A DNA stretch of 64,000 bases, taken from positions 32,001 to 96,000 of IMG/VR virus record IMGVR_UViG_3300020577_011395; one strand, given 5' to 3'. The position numbers were made by a program, and so were the translations under genes. Shown here in pieces: positions 15,278 through 23,846 of this stretch. Source of the stretch: a virus (taxonomy: Duplodnaviria > Caudoviricetes). Below the pieces are notes generated by a model. That model was not told where the DNA came from, searched no databases, and saw only the letters and a program-made list of their open reading frames with translations. Numbering within the stretch: the first letter of the stretch is position 1; every line of letters starts with the position of its first letter.

Positions 15278-15353
15278 GGTCTTGTCATCTAACGGTTTAG
15301 GATATAGCCCTCTCACGGCTAGTATTGGGGTTCGAATCCCCACAGGATCACCA
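15278..15353 (+). tRNA. tRNA-Glu(CTC)
   Basis: CTCTCAC loop; CCA end. Confidence 0.92.
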
Positions 15354-15360
15354 AAATCAT

Positions 15361-15437
15361 GCATCCGTAACTCAACTGGACAGAGTAACGAGCTTCTACC
15401 TCGTAAGCTGTAGGTTCAAATCCTACCGGATGCGCCA
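15361..15437 (+). tRNA. tRNA-Arg(TCT)
   Basis: CTTCTAC loop; GCCA end. Confidence 0.93.
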
Positions 15438-15445
15438 ATTGTAAG

Positions 15446-15574
15446 GTTCGTTTAGCTTAATGACCACCTTAAAAGGTATGAGGATATTCTAGATAATATC
15501 ATATGGATAAAGGTTTATTTTAAAGAGCCTACGAATCGTATCGTAGAGGTCTGGAATGGCAAACCAGAGCGGAC
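15446..15574 (+). ncRNA. possible multi-hairpin RNA
   Basis: closing GTTCGTTT/GAGCGGAC and four short internal hairpins; no ORF in track. Confidence 0.4.
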
Positions 15575-15585
15575 ATCAAATTTAT

Positions 15586-15659
15586 TGGGGAATCATCTAA
15601 CGGCAGGATAACGCTCTCTGAAAGCGTCCATGATGGTTCGAATCCATCTTCCCCAACCA
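15586..15659 (+). tRNA. tRNA-Gln(CTG)
   Basis: CTCTGAA loop; CCA end. Confidence 0.92.
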
Positions 15660-15667
15660 AAGGATTT

Positions 15668-15979
15668 ATGCTAAAGATATTAGCTTTTATATTGTTGTAC
15701 CTTACACCGATTAGTACTGCCGCTCAAAGCACTGCTTCTGTTCATGTTGCAGCGACTATTTCTCCTTCCGTGAATGTTTATTCGGATGAAAATATTATAT
15801 ACTGGATAAGTAATTGCGAAGATGCTAGTGTTAGTGCAGTGATAAACAATGAATTTGTAGCTTTAAATACGCCAGAAAGAATATATACTCTAGAAAATGT
15901 TGAGCTAATGGCATCTGGAGTTAAAGAAGAAGATATATTTAAAGATAACCAAAATTATTTGATGTTAGCAAGAAAATAG
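15668..15979 (+). CDS. secreted hypothetical protein
   Basis: signal-peptide-like N-terminus MLKILAFILLYLTPISTAA. Confidence 0.6.
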   Translation: MLKILAFILLYLTPISTAAQSTASVHVAATISPSVNVYSDENIIYWISNCEDASVSAVINNEFVALNTPERIYTLENVELMASGVKEEDIFKDNQNYLMLARK

Positions 15980-15986
15980 AAAGTAT

Positions 15987-16061
15987 TCCCCTTTCGTCTA
16001 ATTGGCAGGACAGTAGACTTTGAATCTGCTTATCTACGTTCAAATCGTAGAAGGGGAACCA
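15987..16061 (+). tRNA. tRNA-Gln(TTG)
   Basis: CTTTGAA loop; CCA end. Confidence 0.92.
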
Positions 16062-16069
16062 AATTTTAT

Positions 16070-16144
16070 AGCGTGTGGCAGGTTAGATCTGAGCCAGTCT
16101 CATAAGCTGGAAAAACCGGGTGCGATTCCCGCGTAACGCTACCA
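16070..16144 (+). tRNA. tRNA-Met(CAT), structurally atypical
   Basis: CCAGT-CTCATAA-GCTGG; T-loop TGCGATT; imperfect acceptor stem; CCA end. Confidence 0.7.
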
Positions 16145-16169
16145 ATTTTTAAAGAGACTACTTATATAC

Positions 16170-16694
16170 ATGAAGATTAAAATCTTAAAAGAGTCACTTG
16201 AAGAACCAAAAGGTCTAGGAAATAAGCTTGGGTCTGGCGTTCAAGGGATTGTATATAGGCTTGAAAATGGCCAAGTAGCGAAACTGACAAAAAAGAAACA
16301 AGAAGCAGAAATCGCAACTCTCATTTTAAATAAAAAAATATTTCATGAAGCCTTACCAATATTCACATCCGTGAATAAAACAACAGAAAATAAATGGTGG
16401 TTGGTAAGAGAAGATTTACGGGACTTCCCAAAAAACAAAGAATTGGACCGAGTTCTTGGTGACTTCGAGGTGATGACAGTTTACACTGATTGGTCACCAG
16501 CAGTCCAACAAGCACAAAATTCGTTAAATAGTCTAGAGGGTAAAAATCTAGAATATGCTAAAAAAATGTTTTCTCTCTATGAATATGCAAAACAAATAGG
16601 CATGAAGCTTACAGACTCTAGAACAAGCAATTGGGGTTTAAGAGGCGATCAGCCAGTTTTAAGAGATTTTGGCGCAGCAAGAATAAATGTATAA
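16170..16694 (+). CDS. protein-kinase-fold protein
   Basis: LGSGVQGIVY, VAK, D....NWG, DFG motifs. Confidence 0.78.
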   Translation: MKIKILKESLEEPKGLGNKLGSGVQGIVYRLENGQVAKLTKKKQEAEIATLILNKKIFHEALPIFTSVNKTTENKWWLVREDLRDFPKNKELDRVLGDFEVMTVYTDWSPAVQQAQNSLNSLEGKNLEYAKKMFSLYEYAKQIGMKLTDSRTSNWGLRGDQPVLRDFGAARINV

Positions 16695-16704
16695 ATTAAA
16701 ATAT

Positions 16705-16781
16705 GGTGAATGTAGCTTAATTGTTAAAGCACCAGATTGTGAATCTGGCATATGTGGGTTAAAGTCCCATCATTTACCCCA
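16705..16781 (+). tRNA. tRNA-His(GTG)
   Basis: G-1:C73; TTGTGAA loop; CCA end. Confidence 0.92.
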
Positions 16782-16793
16782 ATAAGAAAGTAT

Positions 16794-16868
16794 GCTAGTA
16801 TAGTGAAAAGGTTATCACACTCCTCTCATACGGGATTATTGTCAGTTCGATTCTGACTACTAGTACCA
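16794..16868 (+). tRNA. tRNA-Met(CAT) (elongator or Ile2)
   Basis: CTCATAC loop; CCA end. Confidence 0.88.
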
Positions 16869-16880
16869 AAGAAAGATAAA

Positions 16881-17204
16881 ATGCAAAATGCAACGAAAAT
16901 AGCTCTTATTGCCATTTCGTTGGCATGTCTGGGTTTTATAGCTGCATTCAACGCTAGATGGGTTAGATCAGGGTTCTCTCCTTGGTGGACGACATATATA
17001 ATGTCTCTATTCACTTCTAGTATATTCGCCTACCAGCTAAGAGCTAATATACTGCCGATAACCAGCATCGCAGTGTTTCAGCATTTTTTCTTTCATTCTT
17101 CCTGGTATTTGACAGCAATATTCTTTTTGCACGAACCAATGACTATTTTTAAAGGAATTGGTCTAACCCTTGCCTTTATTGGCATGATAATGATGAGTTT
17201 ATGA
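16881..17204 (+). CDS. small 4-TM membrane protein (EamA/SMR-like)
   Basis: hydrophobic helices; FFLHEP.....GIGL.LAFIGM. Confidence 0.65.
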   Translation: MQNATKIALIAISLACLGFIAAFNARWVRSGFSPWWTTYIMSLFTSSIFAYQLRANILPITSIAVFQHFFFHSSWYLTAIFFLHEPMTIFKGIGLTLAFIGMIMMSL

Positions 17205-17440
17205 AAAAATTTATTGTTAAATCACATATTGATGAAGCAAGAATAGAATATCCCGAAGATTGTGAAAGAATCAAACAAGTCTTAGCATATTACGATCTAG
17301 ATGCTTCCCTAGAACAGTGTCAGGATCTCTGGGAGAGATACTCAGAAACTTACTGTGCTGGTTGGTTAGCTGGCTTAGATACAATGACCTACGAAGAAAT
17401 ATACAGATGTGTCCAAGAATTTATCTGGCCTCTTGACTGA
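17201..17440 (+). CDS. hypothetical phage protein
   Basis: D..RI........LWE.YSE..CAGWL motif. Confidence 0.65.
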   Translation: MKKFIVKSHIDEARIEYPEDCERIKQVLAYYDLDASLEQCQDLWERYSETYCAGWLAGLDTMTYEEIYRCVQEFIWPLD

Positions 17441-17467
17441 GCAATAAAACTGTGGCACAGTGAGGGC

Positions 17468-18022
17468 ATGGACAACACAACTGATACAAGAAATATAACA
17501 GATTTTTATAAAAACGATCGCCTGACGAAGTGGACAACAGAACTAATCAAGGAAGATTTGGCTAAGAAAGCATTTCCTTATGCGGTTCTGATGGAAAACT
17601 TCGCAGGCGATTTTAATATTGGTACAGTAATAAGATCCGCAAATGCCTTTAATGCAGAAGCTGTATACTATTTAGGTAGTAAGCGATATGATAAGCGTGG
17701 TACTGTGGGAACTCATCATTATACCAATATTATTCACTTAAAAGAAAGGAAAGAATTGATTGCTCTAAAGGGCAAGTATGAGCTTATTGCTGTTGAGAAT
17801 ACTGTTGAAGGGGCTATTCCTTTGGTTAATGCTCAATATGAGCGTCCTCCTTTATTTATTCTTGGCGAAGAAGGCATCGGAATTACACCAGAAACGCTTA
17901 CTATCGCTGACAGAAGCGTATTTATTCCTCAGTATGGTTCTGTACGTTCTCTTAACGCTGCTGTTGCTGGTAGTATTATTATGAATGACTTTATAACAAA
18001 GCATACTGCTAAAAGCCAATAA
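17468..18022 (+). CDS. SpoU/TrmH-family RNA 2'-O-methyltransferase
   Basis: NIGTVIRSANAF, ILGEEGIGI, IPQYGSVRSLNAAVAGSI. Confidence 0.92.
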   Translation: MDNTTDTRNITDFYKNDRLTKWTTELIKEDLAKKAFPYAVLMENFAGDFNIGTVIRSANAFNAEAVYYLGSKRYDKRGTVGTHHYTNIIHLKERKELIALKGKYELIAVENTVEGAIPLVNAQYERPPLFILGEEGIGITPETLTIADRSVFIPQYGSVRSLNAAVAGSIIMNDFITKHTAKSQ

Positions 18023-18039
18023 AACAACTAATTATCTAT

Positions 18040-19329
18040 ATGAAAATTAAGATATTAAAAGAAAGTTTATTATTGGAAGCGACCTATGAAGAGGCTAAGA
18101 CAATAGTAAATGGCCGTAAATATACTAAACAATTATTTGGTAGAGTAAAGCAGTATGTAGAAAAAGAATTTTCAAAACACTCTCATCCAGAAAAACAGGA
18201 TTATCTTGAAGATTGGACTGAAACAATAATTGGCTATATATTAAATAATTTTAAAACAGCGATTCCAGATGATATTACTGATGTGCAAAAGGGCGAAGCC
18301 CTTTTGTGGATTAAAAATATTACAGTAAATCAAATAGATGACCTAGTGACGTTTGCTTATCAACGATCTATTGTAATCAACCTAAATAGGAAAATAGAAA
18401 AATTTTTTAAAATGAGAGAAGCTGGGATTTTACCGGCAGATAAAAGTCAATTAAGTTCTTTTATAAGCGCAGAACAATTATTCCGTTTTATAGATGATCA
18501 CGAAAGTATTTATCAAAATTATATAAATAATAAAAAATCTAAAGTTGATAAAGCAAAAGCACTAGAAGGCACCGAACTAGTCTTTGAGGACGAAAAGTGG
18601 AAAGTATTTATACCTCATAATAAAGAGGCTTCCTGCGTATTAGGCTCTGGTACTGATTGGTGTACAGCAAAAGCAGGTCAAAATTATTATGAAGAATATC
18701 ATAAACCATATGATCCATTATTTATAATAATAAGTAAAACTGATCCAAAAGAAAAATATCAATTTCATTATGGTTCTATGCAGTTTATGAATAAAAACGA
18801 TGAACAGCTAGTTAGCACAAGCCCACAAATTTTAGTATCTTTACAACACATATTAAAAGAAAAAGTATCTGACCAATACCCCATAATTAATAATTTTGAA
18901 GTAGAAAAAGATCCTAGCGCAGACGAATACGCAACAAAAGAAAAAACTCAATATGGAAAAACAATAGAAACGGTTCATAAACTTGGTATTTTGTATCACT
19001 CAGATTTACTTCCAGCCTATGAACTAACAGATATAGAAGGTAACACGTTTCAGCAAGAGTGGTGGTGGCATGGCCTTAGACACAATTTGCATGGTCCTGC
19101 AAAAATTAATTACACTGATAATGTAATAGAATATTTTATTTATGATAGATATATAGGAAGTAAGCAAAAATTTGATGAGATTATACAAACACAAGCCTAT
19201 GAGAACATAAAACCAGAAGGTGTAGAAGCTGACTATTACGACCGAAGTCAAGAAAGAGAACTAATGAGAAATTTAAATATTAGAGAAAACAAAAACAATA
19301 AAAAGTTCAAAATAAAGATCCTAAACTAG
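18040..19329 (+). CDS. hypothetical phage protein (GTxWCT motif), possibly virion-internal
   Basis: SC.LGSGTDWCTA, KYQFH...QFM; N-terminus MKIKILKES shared with 16170. Confidence 0.7.
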   Translation: MKIKILKESLLLEATYEEAKTIVNGRKYTKQLFGRVKQYVEKEFSKHSHPEKQDYLEDWTETIIGYILNNFKTAIPDDITDVQKGEALLWIKNITVNQIDDLVTFAYQRSIVINLNRKIEKFFKMREAGILPADKSQLSSFISAEQLFRFIDDHESIYQNYINNKKSKVDKAKALEGTELVFEDEKWKVFIPHNKEASCVLGSGTDWCTAKAGQNYYEEYHKPYDPLFIIISKTDPKEKYQFHYGSMQFMNKNDEQLVSTSPQILVSLQHILKEKVSDQYPIINNFEVEKDPSADEYATKEKTQYGKTIETVHKLGILYHSDLLPAYELTDIEGNTFQQEWWWHGLRHNLHGPAKINYTDNVIEYFIYDRYIGSKQKFDEIIQTQAYENIKPEGVEADYYDRSQERELMRNLNIRENKNNKKFKIKILN

Positions 19330-19368
19330 TTATTCCGTGTTATATTTTTATAAAAAGTATAGTAAACT

Positions 19369-19405
19369 AACAACATCTAGAAATTTCTAGATGTTGTTTT
19401 ATTTT
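19369..19405 (+). terminator. 30-bp perfect palindrome, terminator-like
   Basis: AACAACATCTAGAAA|TTTCTAGATGTTGTT followed by T-rich sequence. Confidence 0.6.
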
Positions 19406-19418
19406 CGGAGAAAACATA

Positions 19419-20723
19419 ATGAAAAAAATCTACGTTCTTGATACAAATGTCTTTCTAAGTGATTTCAACTCAATTTACGCGTATAAGAACAACGATATCG
19501 TTATTCCTTTAAAAGTTCTAGAGGAAATAGATAAACACAAGAAACGCCAAGATGGCGTAGGCTCCAACGCTAGACAAATCATACGAATTTTTGATTCTCT
19601 TAGAGTGGATGGAACCCTAAAGGATGGAGTAAAAATTCGTAAGGGGCTAGGAACAATTATGGTAGTGCCTGTCGATACTAGTCTTTTACCTGCTGGTCTT
19701 AGAATTGATGATCCTGATAATCAAATACTTGGTACAGCATTGAAAATAAAGTCTGAGACTGATAAAAAAGTTGTATTAGTGTCACAAGATCTTAATATGA
19801 GAGTCAAATGTGACTCTGTTGGTCTAGAAACAGAAGACTACACAATTGGCCAAATCGTAGAAAAAGTAGATGAAATTTATACTGGATTTACTCAACATCT
19901 AGTGGACGATGCACTAGTTGACAGATTTTACTCTGGTGAGAAATTATATCTAGAACAAAAAGATATTTCTCTCCACCCAAATCAGTTTATTATGCTTGTA
20001 TCTAACGCAAATGATAAAAAAACAGCATTAGCAAAATTTAGAAATTATAATCATCCGATACAAAAAGTAACCCAATTTAAGGATGGTGTTTGGGAAGTTA
20101 GAGCAAAGAATAAAGAACAACAGTTTGCTTTCGACCTTCTTATGAACCCAGACATTAAAGTAGTTTCTTTAGTTGGTCTCGCTGGTTGTGGTAAGACATT
20201 AATCGCACTAGCAGCTGGATTAGAACAAATCCTAACAACAAAAGTATATACAAAACTAATTGTTTCAAGACCAGTACAACCAATGGGTAAGGATATTGGA
20301 TATTTGCCTGGTACACTACAAGAGAAAATGCTTCCTTGGCTAGCCCCAATTCAAGATAACCTTGAGTTTTTGATGGGTAATGACAAAGAACATCTAAAAA
20401 TGCTTGTAGAGGACGGTACAATAGAGATGGAAGCTTTAACGTTTATTAGAGGCCGCTCTATTGCTAATGCTTTCATCATAATTGATGAAGCTCAGAACCT
20501 TTCTGTACACGAATTAAAGACAATTATTACTAGAGTTGGCGAAGGAACAAAAATAATATTAACTGGCGACGTTCAACAAATTGATAGCGCGTTTCTAGAC
20601 TCAACAAACAACGGTTTAACTTATGCAGTAGAGAAGCTAAAACCATATGAAATTGTTGGGCACGTAACATTGTCAAAGGGCGAGCGCAGCGAAGTTGCTA
20701 GCCTTGGAGCTAATGTTTTATAA
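19419..20723 (+). CDS. phoH: PIN-PhoH ATPase
   Basis: YVLDTNVFL PIN domain; G.AGCGKT; RGRS; IIDEAQN; TGD..QID. Confidence 0.95.
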   Translation: MKKIYVLDTNVFLSDFNSIYAYKNNDIVIPLKVLEEIDKHKKRQDGVGSNARQIIRIFDSLRVDGTLKDGVKIRKGLGTIMVVPVDTSLLPAGLRIDDPDNQILGTALKIKSETDKKVVLVSQDLNMRVKCDSVGLETEDYTIGQIVEKVDEIYTGFTQHLVDDALVDRFYSGEKLYLEQKDISLHPNQFIMLVSNANDKKTALAKFRNYNHPIQKVTQFKDGVWEVRAKNKEQQFAFDLLMNPDIKVVSLVGLAGCGKTLIALAAGLEQILTTKVYTKLIVSRPVQPMGKDIGYLPGTLQEKMLPWLAPIQDNLEFLMGNDKEHLKMLVEDGTIEMEALTFIRGRSIANAFIIIDEAQNLSVHELKTIITRVGEGTKIILTGDVQQIDSAFLDSTNNGLTYAVEKLKPYEIVGHVTLSKGERSEVASLGANVL

Positions 20724-20724
20724 T

Positions 20725-21402
20725 ATGAGTTCAATAAAATACATATATGAGGCTTATGATAAAAATAAGCTATCTCGTAGAGAATATTTTATAAACGGTG
20801 TGTTAACATTTGTTAACGACCCTTTACCAAAAGACGTTAATCTAAATGCTGTTAAAAAAAGAGTAGAATCTGTAGTACCAAAGAGGTTATTTCATAACTT
20901 AGATTACATATATATTGGTGACTTTCCAGAACTTAAGCTGAGAGATGTACAATCTGCATATCTTAGAGGAGCGATTTATATTTCTAATGAAGATCAAACT
21001 GAACAAAAACTATTTGAGTCTATAATTCACGAATTAGCACATTCAATCGAAACTACATTCGGTGGTAAAATATATGAAGATGATGAAATAGCTTCAGAAT
21101 TCGTTGGAAAACGTAAAAAACTTAGAACAATATTAAAAAATCAAGGATATGAATTTAAAGATTCTACAGTGTTTCTTCGCATAGAATATAATGTAGAGTT
21201 TGATAAGTTTTTATATTCTGAAGTTGGATATGATTTACTTAATCAACTCACTGTAGGGCTATTTGTTAGCCCTTATGGGGCTACCTCTTTACGAGAATAT
21301 TTTGCTAATGGGTTTGAAGCGTATTACCTCGGAGACGGAGAATATTTAGAAAAAGTCTCACCAAAATTATCTTATAAAATAAAACAGTTGACAAGCAAAT
21401 AA
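20725..21402 (+). CDS. zincin-like metallopeptidase
   Basis: IIHELAHSIE ... SPYGATSLREYFANGFE. Confidence 0.7.
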   Translation: MSSIKYIYEAYDKNKLSRREYFINGVLTFVNDPLPKDVNLNAVKKRVESVVPKRLFHNLDYIYIGDFPELKLRDVQSAYLRGAIYISNEDQTEQKLFESIIHELAHSIETTFGGKIYEDDEIASEFVGKRKKLRTILKNQGYEFKDSTVFLRIEYNVEFDKFLYSEVGYDLLNQLTVGLFVSPYGATSLREYFANGFEAYYLGDGEYLEKVSPKLSYKIKQLTSK

Positions 21403-21416
21403 TTCTCCTGTATGAT
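21388..21416 (+). promoter_or_regulatory. sigma70-type promoter
   Basis: TTGACA-N17-TATGAT, then GGAGG RBS. Confidence 0.75.
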
Positions 21417-21428
21417 GTTCTTTGGAGG

Positions 21429-22208
21429 ATGAACACTATGTCGCATATATCTTTTTCTGCATTAAGAACATTTAAGGAATGTCCATTTAAATATAAGTTA
21501 GTTTATGAGGATAAAGTAGGTAAATTTAATCAAACAGAGTATACAATTTTTGGTAAGGCATTACACGAAGCTGCTGAAAAAAAGGTTCTTGATACAACAG
21601 TAAACGAATTAGAAGTATTTAATAATAGGTTTAATGAAGGTATTGAAGAGCTAAGAAAAGAAAAAACAGCGAACGAGCAACTTGTCGCTGAGATGAAAGA
21701 ACAAGGTGCTACTCTTGCTCCTAAGATAGTTCCTGCCCTTATAAAGAAATTTGGTACGTTTAAAGTATTATCAGCGGAAGAAGAATTATTTGAAGAAATC
21801 AAAAAAATACCAGATTGCTCAACGTCTTTTAAGGGATTTATTGACTTAGTAATTCAAACTGAAGACGGTAAAATACATATTTTAGATCACAAAACTTCTG
21901 GGTGGGGATGGGATGCTAAAAAGAAAAGCGACCCGCTCGTAACTTATCAGCTAACGTTTTATAAGCATTTCTACGCTCAAAAACACGGCATAGACCCAAA
22001 AAATATAGAGACTTATTTTGCTATTCTAAAAAGAACTGCAAAGAAAAATCATGTTGAAATTTTTAGAGTAACAAGCGGTAAGAAAAAAACAGAAAATGCA
22101 TTTAACATGTTGAATGGTGCGCTTTATAATATCGGTAAAAGAAACTTTATAAAGAACAGAACTGCTTGTACTTATTGTGAGTTTCGTAAAACAAAGGAAT
22201 GTCCTTGA
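21429..22208 (+). CDS. PD-(D/E)XK nuclease (Cas4/RecB/AddB-like)
   Basis: SFS....F.ECP, G.ALH, GFIDL, ILDHKT, QL.FY, C..C......C. Confidence 0.9.
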   Translation: MNTMSHISFSALRTFKECPFKYKLVYEDKVGKFNQTEYTIFGKALHEAAEKKVLDTTVNELEVFNNRFNEGIEELRKEKTANEQLVAEMKEQGATLAPKIVPALIKKFGTFKVLSAEEELFEEIKKIPDCSTSFKGFIDLVIQTEDGKIHILDHKTSGWGWDAKKKSDPLVTYQLTFYKHFYAQKHGIDPKNIETYFAILKRTAKKNHVEIFRVTSGKKKTENAFNMLNGALYNIGKRNFIKNRTACTYCEFRKTKECP

Positions 22209-23200
22209 TAAACGATAAAAAAGTCGCGCTAATATCAGGCGCAAATGGGCAAGACGGAAGTTATCTTTGTGAATTCTTATTAGAAAAAGGTTATCTAGTT
22301 ATTGGCATCGTAAGACGCTCTTCTATGGAAGATAAAAAGCTTTTTAACCTACAAAATATATTAAATAACACAAATTTTGTACTAGAAAATGGAGATTTAA
22401 CCGATTCTTCATCAATCTGGCGGCTGGTACAGCAATACAAGCCAGACGAATTTTACAACTTAGGGGCGCAAAGCCACGTTGGTGCTTCGTTTACAAGCCC
22501 AGAAAGTACGTTTGAGATAAATTCTTCTGGTGTTCTGAACTGCTTAGAAGCGATACGCAACGTATCTCCTAAGACAAAGTTCTACCAAGCAAGCACCAGC
22601 GAAATGTTTGGTGATACAAAGTCGGTTCCGCAATGCGAAACAACTCAATTTTCACCAGTTTCACCATATGCTTGTGGAAAAGTTGCTGCTCATAATTTAG
22701 TTGTAAATTATCGCAAGGCTTATGGCCTATTTGCGTGCAGTGGTATTCTATTTAACCACGAATCAGAACGTCGTGGTGAACAGTTCGTTACTAGAAAAAT
22801 AACTAAAGCGGCGGCAAGAATTTCCCTTGGGCTTCAGAGAGAACTGCGTCTAGGTAATCTAGATGCCAAACGTGATTGGGGCTATGCTAAAGAGTATGTA
22901 GAAGTTATGTGGTTGATGCTACAACAAAAAATACCTGATGATTACGTTATAGGCACAGGAACGACTTCAACTATTAGAGAATTCATAAATTATGTGTCTG
23001 AAGTAGCTGGTTTTAATTTAATGGATTATGTAGTAGAAGATGAAAAATATAAACGCCCAAGTGAGGTTCCACTTTTGTTAGCTAATCCAGCTAAAGCAAA
23101 AAATATTCTTGGCTGGAATCCAAAAGTTGGCGTTAAAGATTTAGCAAAATTGATGTATATTAATGACCTAGAAAAGGAAAGAAAGCAAGTTCTTTTATGA
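22199..23200 (+). CDS. gmd: GDP-mannose 4,6-dehydratase
   Basis: GANGQDGSYL, YNLGAQSHV, YQASTSEMFG, LFNHES, RDWG. Confidence 0.96.
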   Translation: MSLINDKKVALISGANGQDGSYLCEFLLEKGYLVIGIVRRSSMEDKKLFNLQNILNNTNFVLENGDLTDSSSIWRLVQQYKPDEFYNLGAQSHVGASFTSPESTFEINSSGVLNCLEAIRNVSPKTKFYQASTSEMFGDTKSVPQCETTQFSPVSPYACGKVAAHNLVVNYRKAYGLFACSGILFNHESERRGEQFVTRKITKAAARISLGLQRELRLGNLDAKRDWGYAKEYVEVMWLMLQQKIPDDYVIGTGTTSTIREFINYVSEVAGFNLMDYVVEDEKYKRPSEVPLLLANPAKAKNILGWNPKVGVKDLAKLMYINDLEKERKQVLL

Positions 23201-23237
23201 CCTACTCTACTATTTATTAGCGTTGGAGATTAAACAA

Positions 23238-23846
23238 ATGATAAAAAAATGTGTAGTTTGTAAAAGAGATTTTGAAGCGTGGTCAGAAAAAAGCTGCTCA
23301 AAAGAATGTAGGGTTATTCATAATCGCGAACGTAATCGTAAAATGCGTATACATAAAGTTGAAACATTTAATTGTGTTCGCTGTAATAAAGAAGTGACAA
23401 GATTTAGAAAGCGTGGTGGTTTTTGTTCTAGACCGTGTGCATCAAAAAAATATTATGATGATGGTACATACAATAACTGGAAAAAGTTTGTTAGTCCCAA
23501 AAAAACACCAGAAGAACAAGTTTTACATAAGCTTAGAAAAAACGCTTCGAGAAATATAAAATTTTATTTAAAAAAACAATTAATACCAAAAACAGAAGTA
23601 ACTTGGAAAAAGCTTCCCTATACACCGAAGGAGCTGAAGGAACATCTAGAAAATCAATTTGATACCAATATGTCATGGGATAACTATGGGACTTATTGGA
23701 CGATAGACCATATAATTCCGCAATCAAAATTGTTATTCACAACGCTTAACGATGATAATTTTATAAAATGTTGGTCTTTGAGCAACTTAAGACCTTTAGA
23801 AAAAATTGCTAATATAAAAAAAAGTAATAAACTTATAGGAGAGTAA
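23238..23846 (+). CDS. HNH-type homing endonuclease
   Basis: Zn-finger repeats; MSWDNYGTYWTIDHIIP...NLRPL...N..KSN. Confidence 0.85.
   Translation: MIKKCVVCKRDFEAWSEKSCSKECRVIHNRERNRKMRIHKVETFNCVRCNKEVTRFRKRGGFCSRPCASKKYYDDGTYNNWKKFVSPKKTPEEQVLHKLRKNASRNIKFYLKKQLIPKTEVTWKKLPYTPKELKEHLENQFDTNMSWDNYGTYWTIDHIIPQSKLLFTTLNDDNFIKCWSLSNLRPLEKIANIKKSNKLIGE

Noticed and set aside
21429-22208. Cas4 as part of a CRISPR-Cas system
   Set aside because: No array or other cas genes in the window; stand-alone Cas4-like nucleases are common in phages
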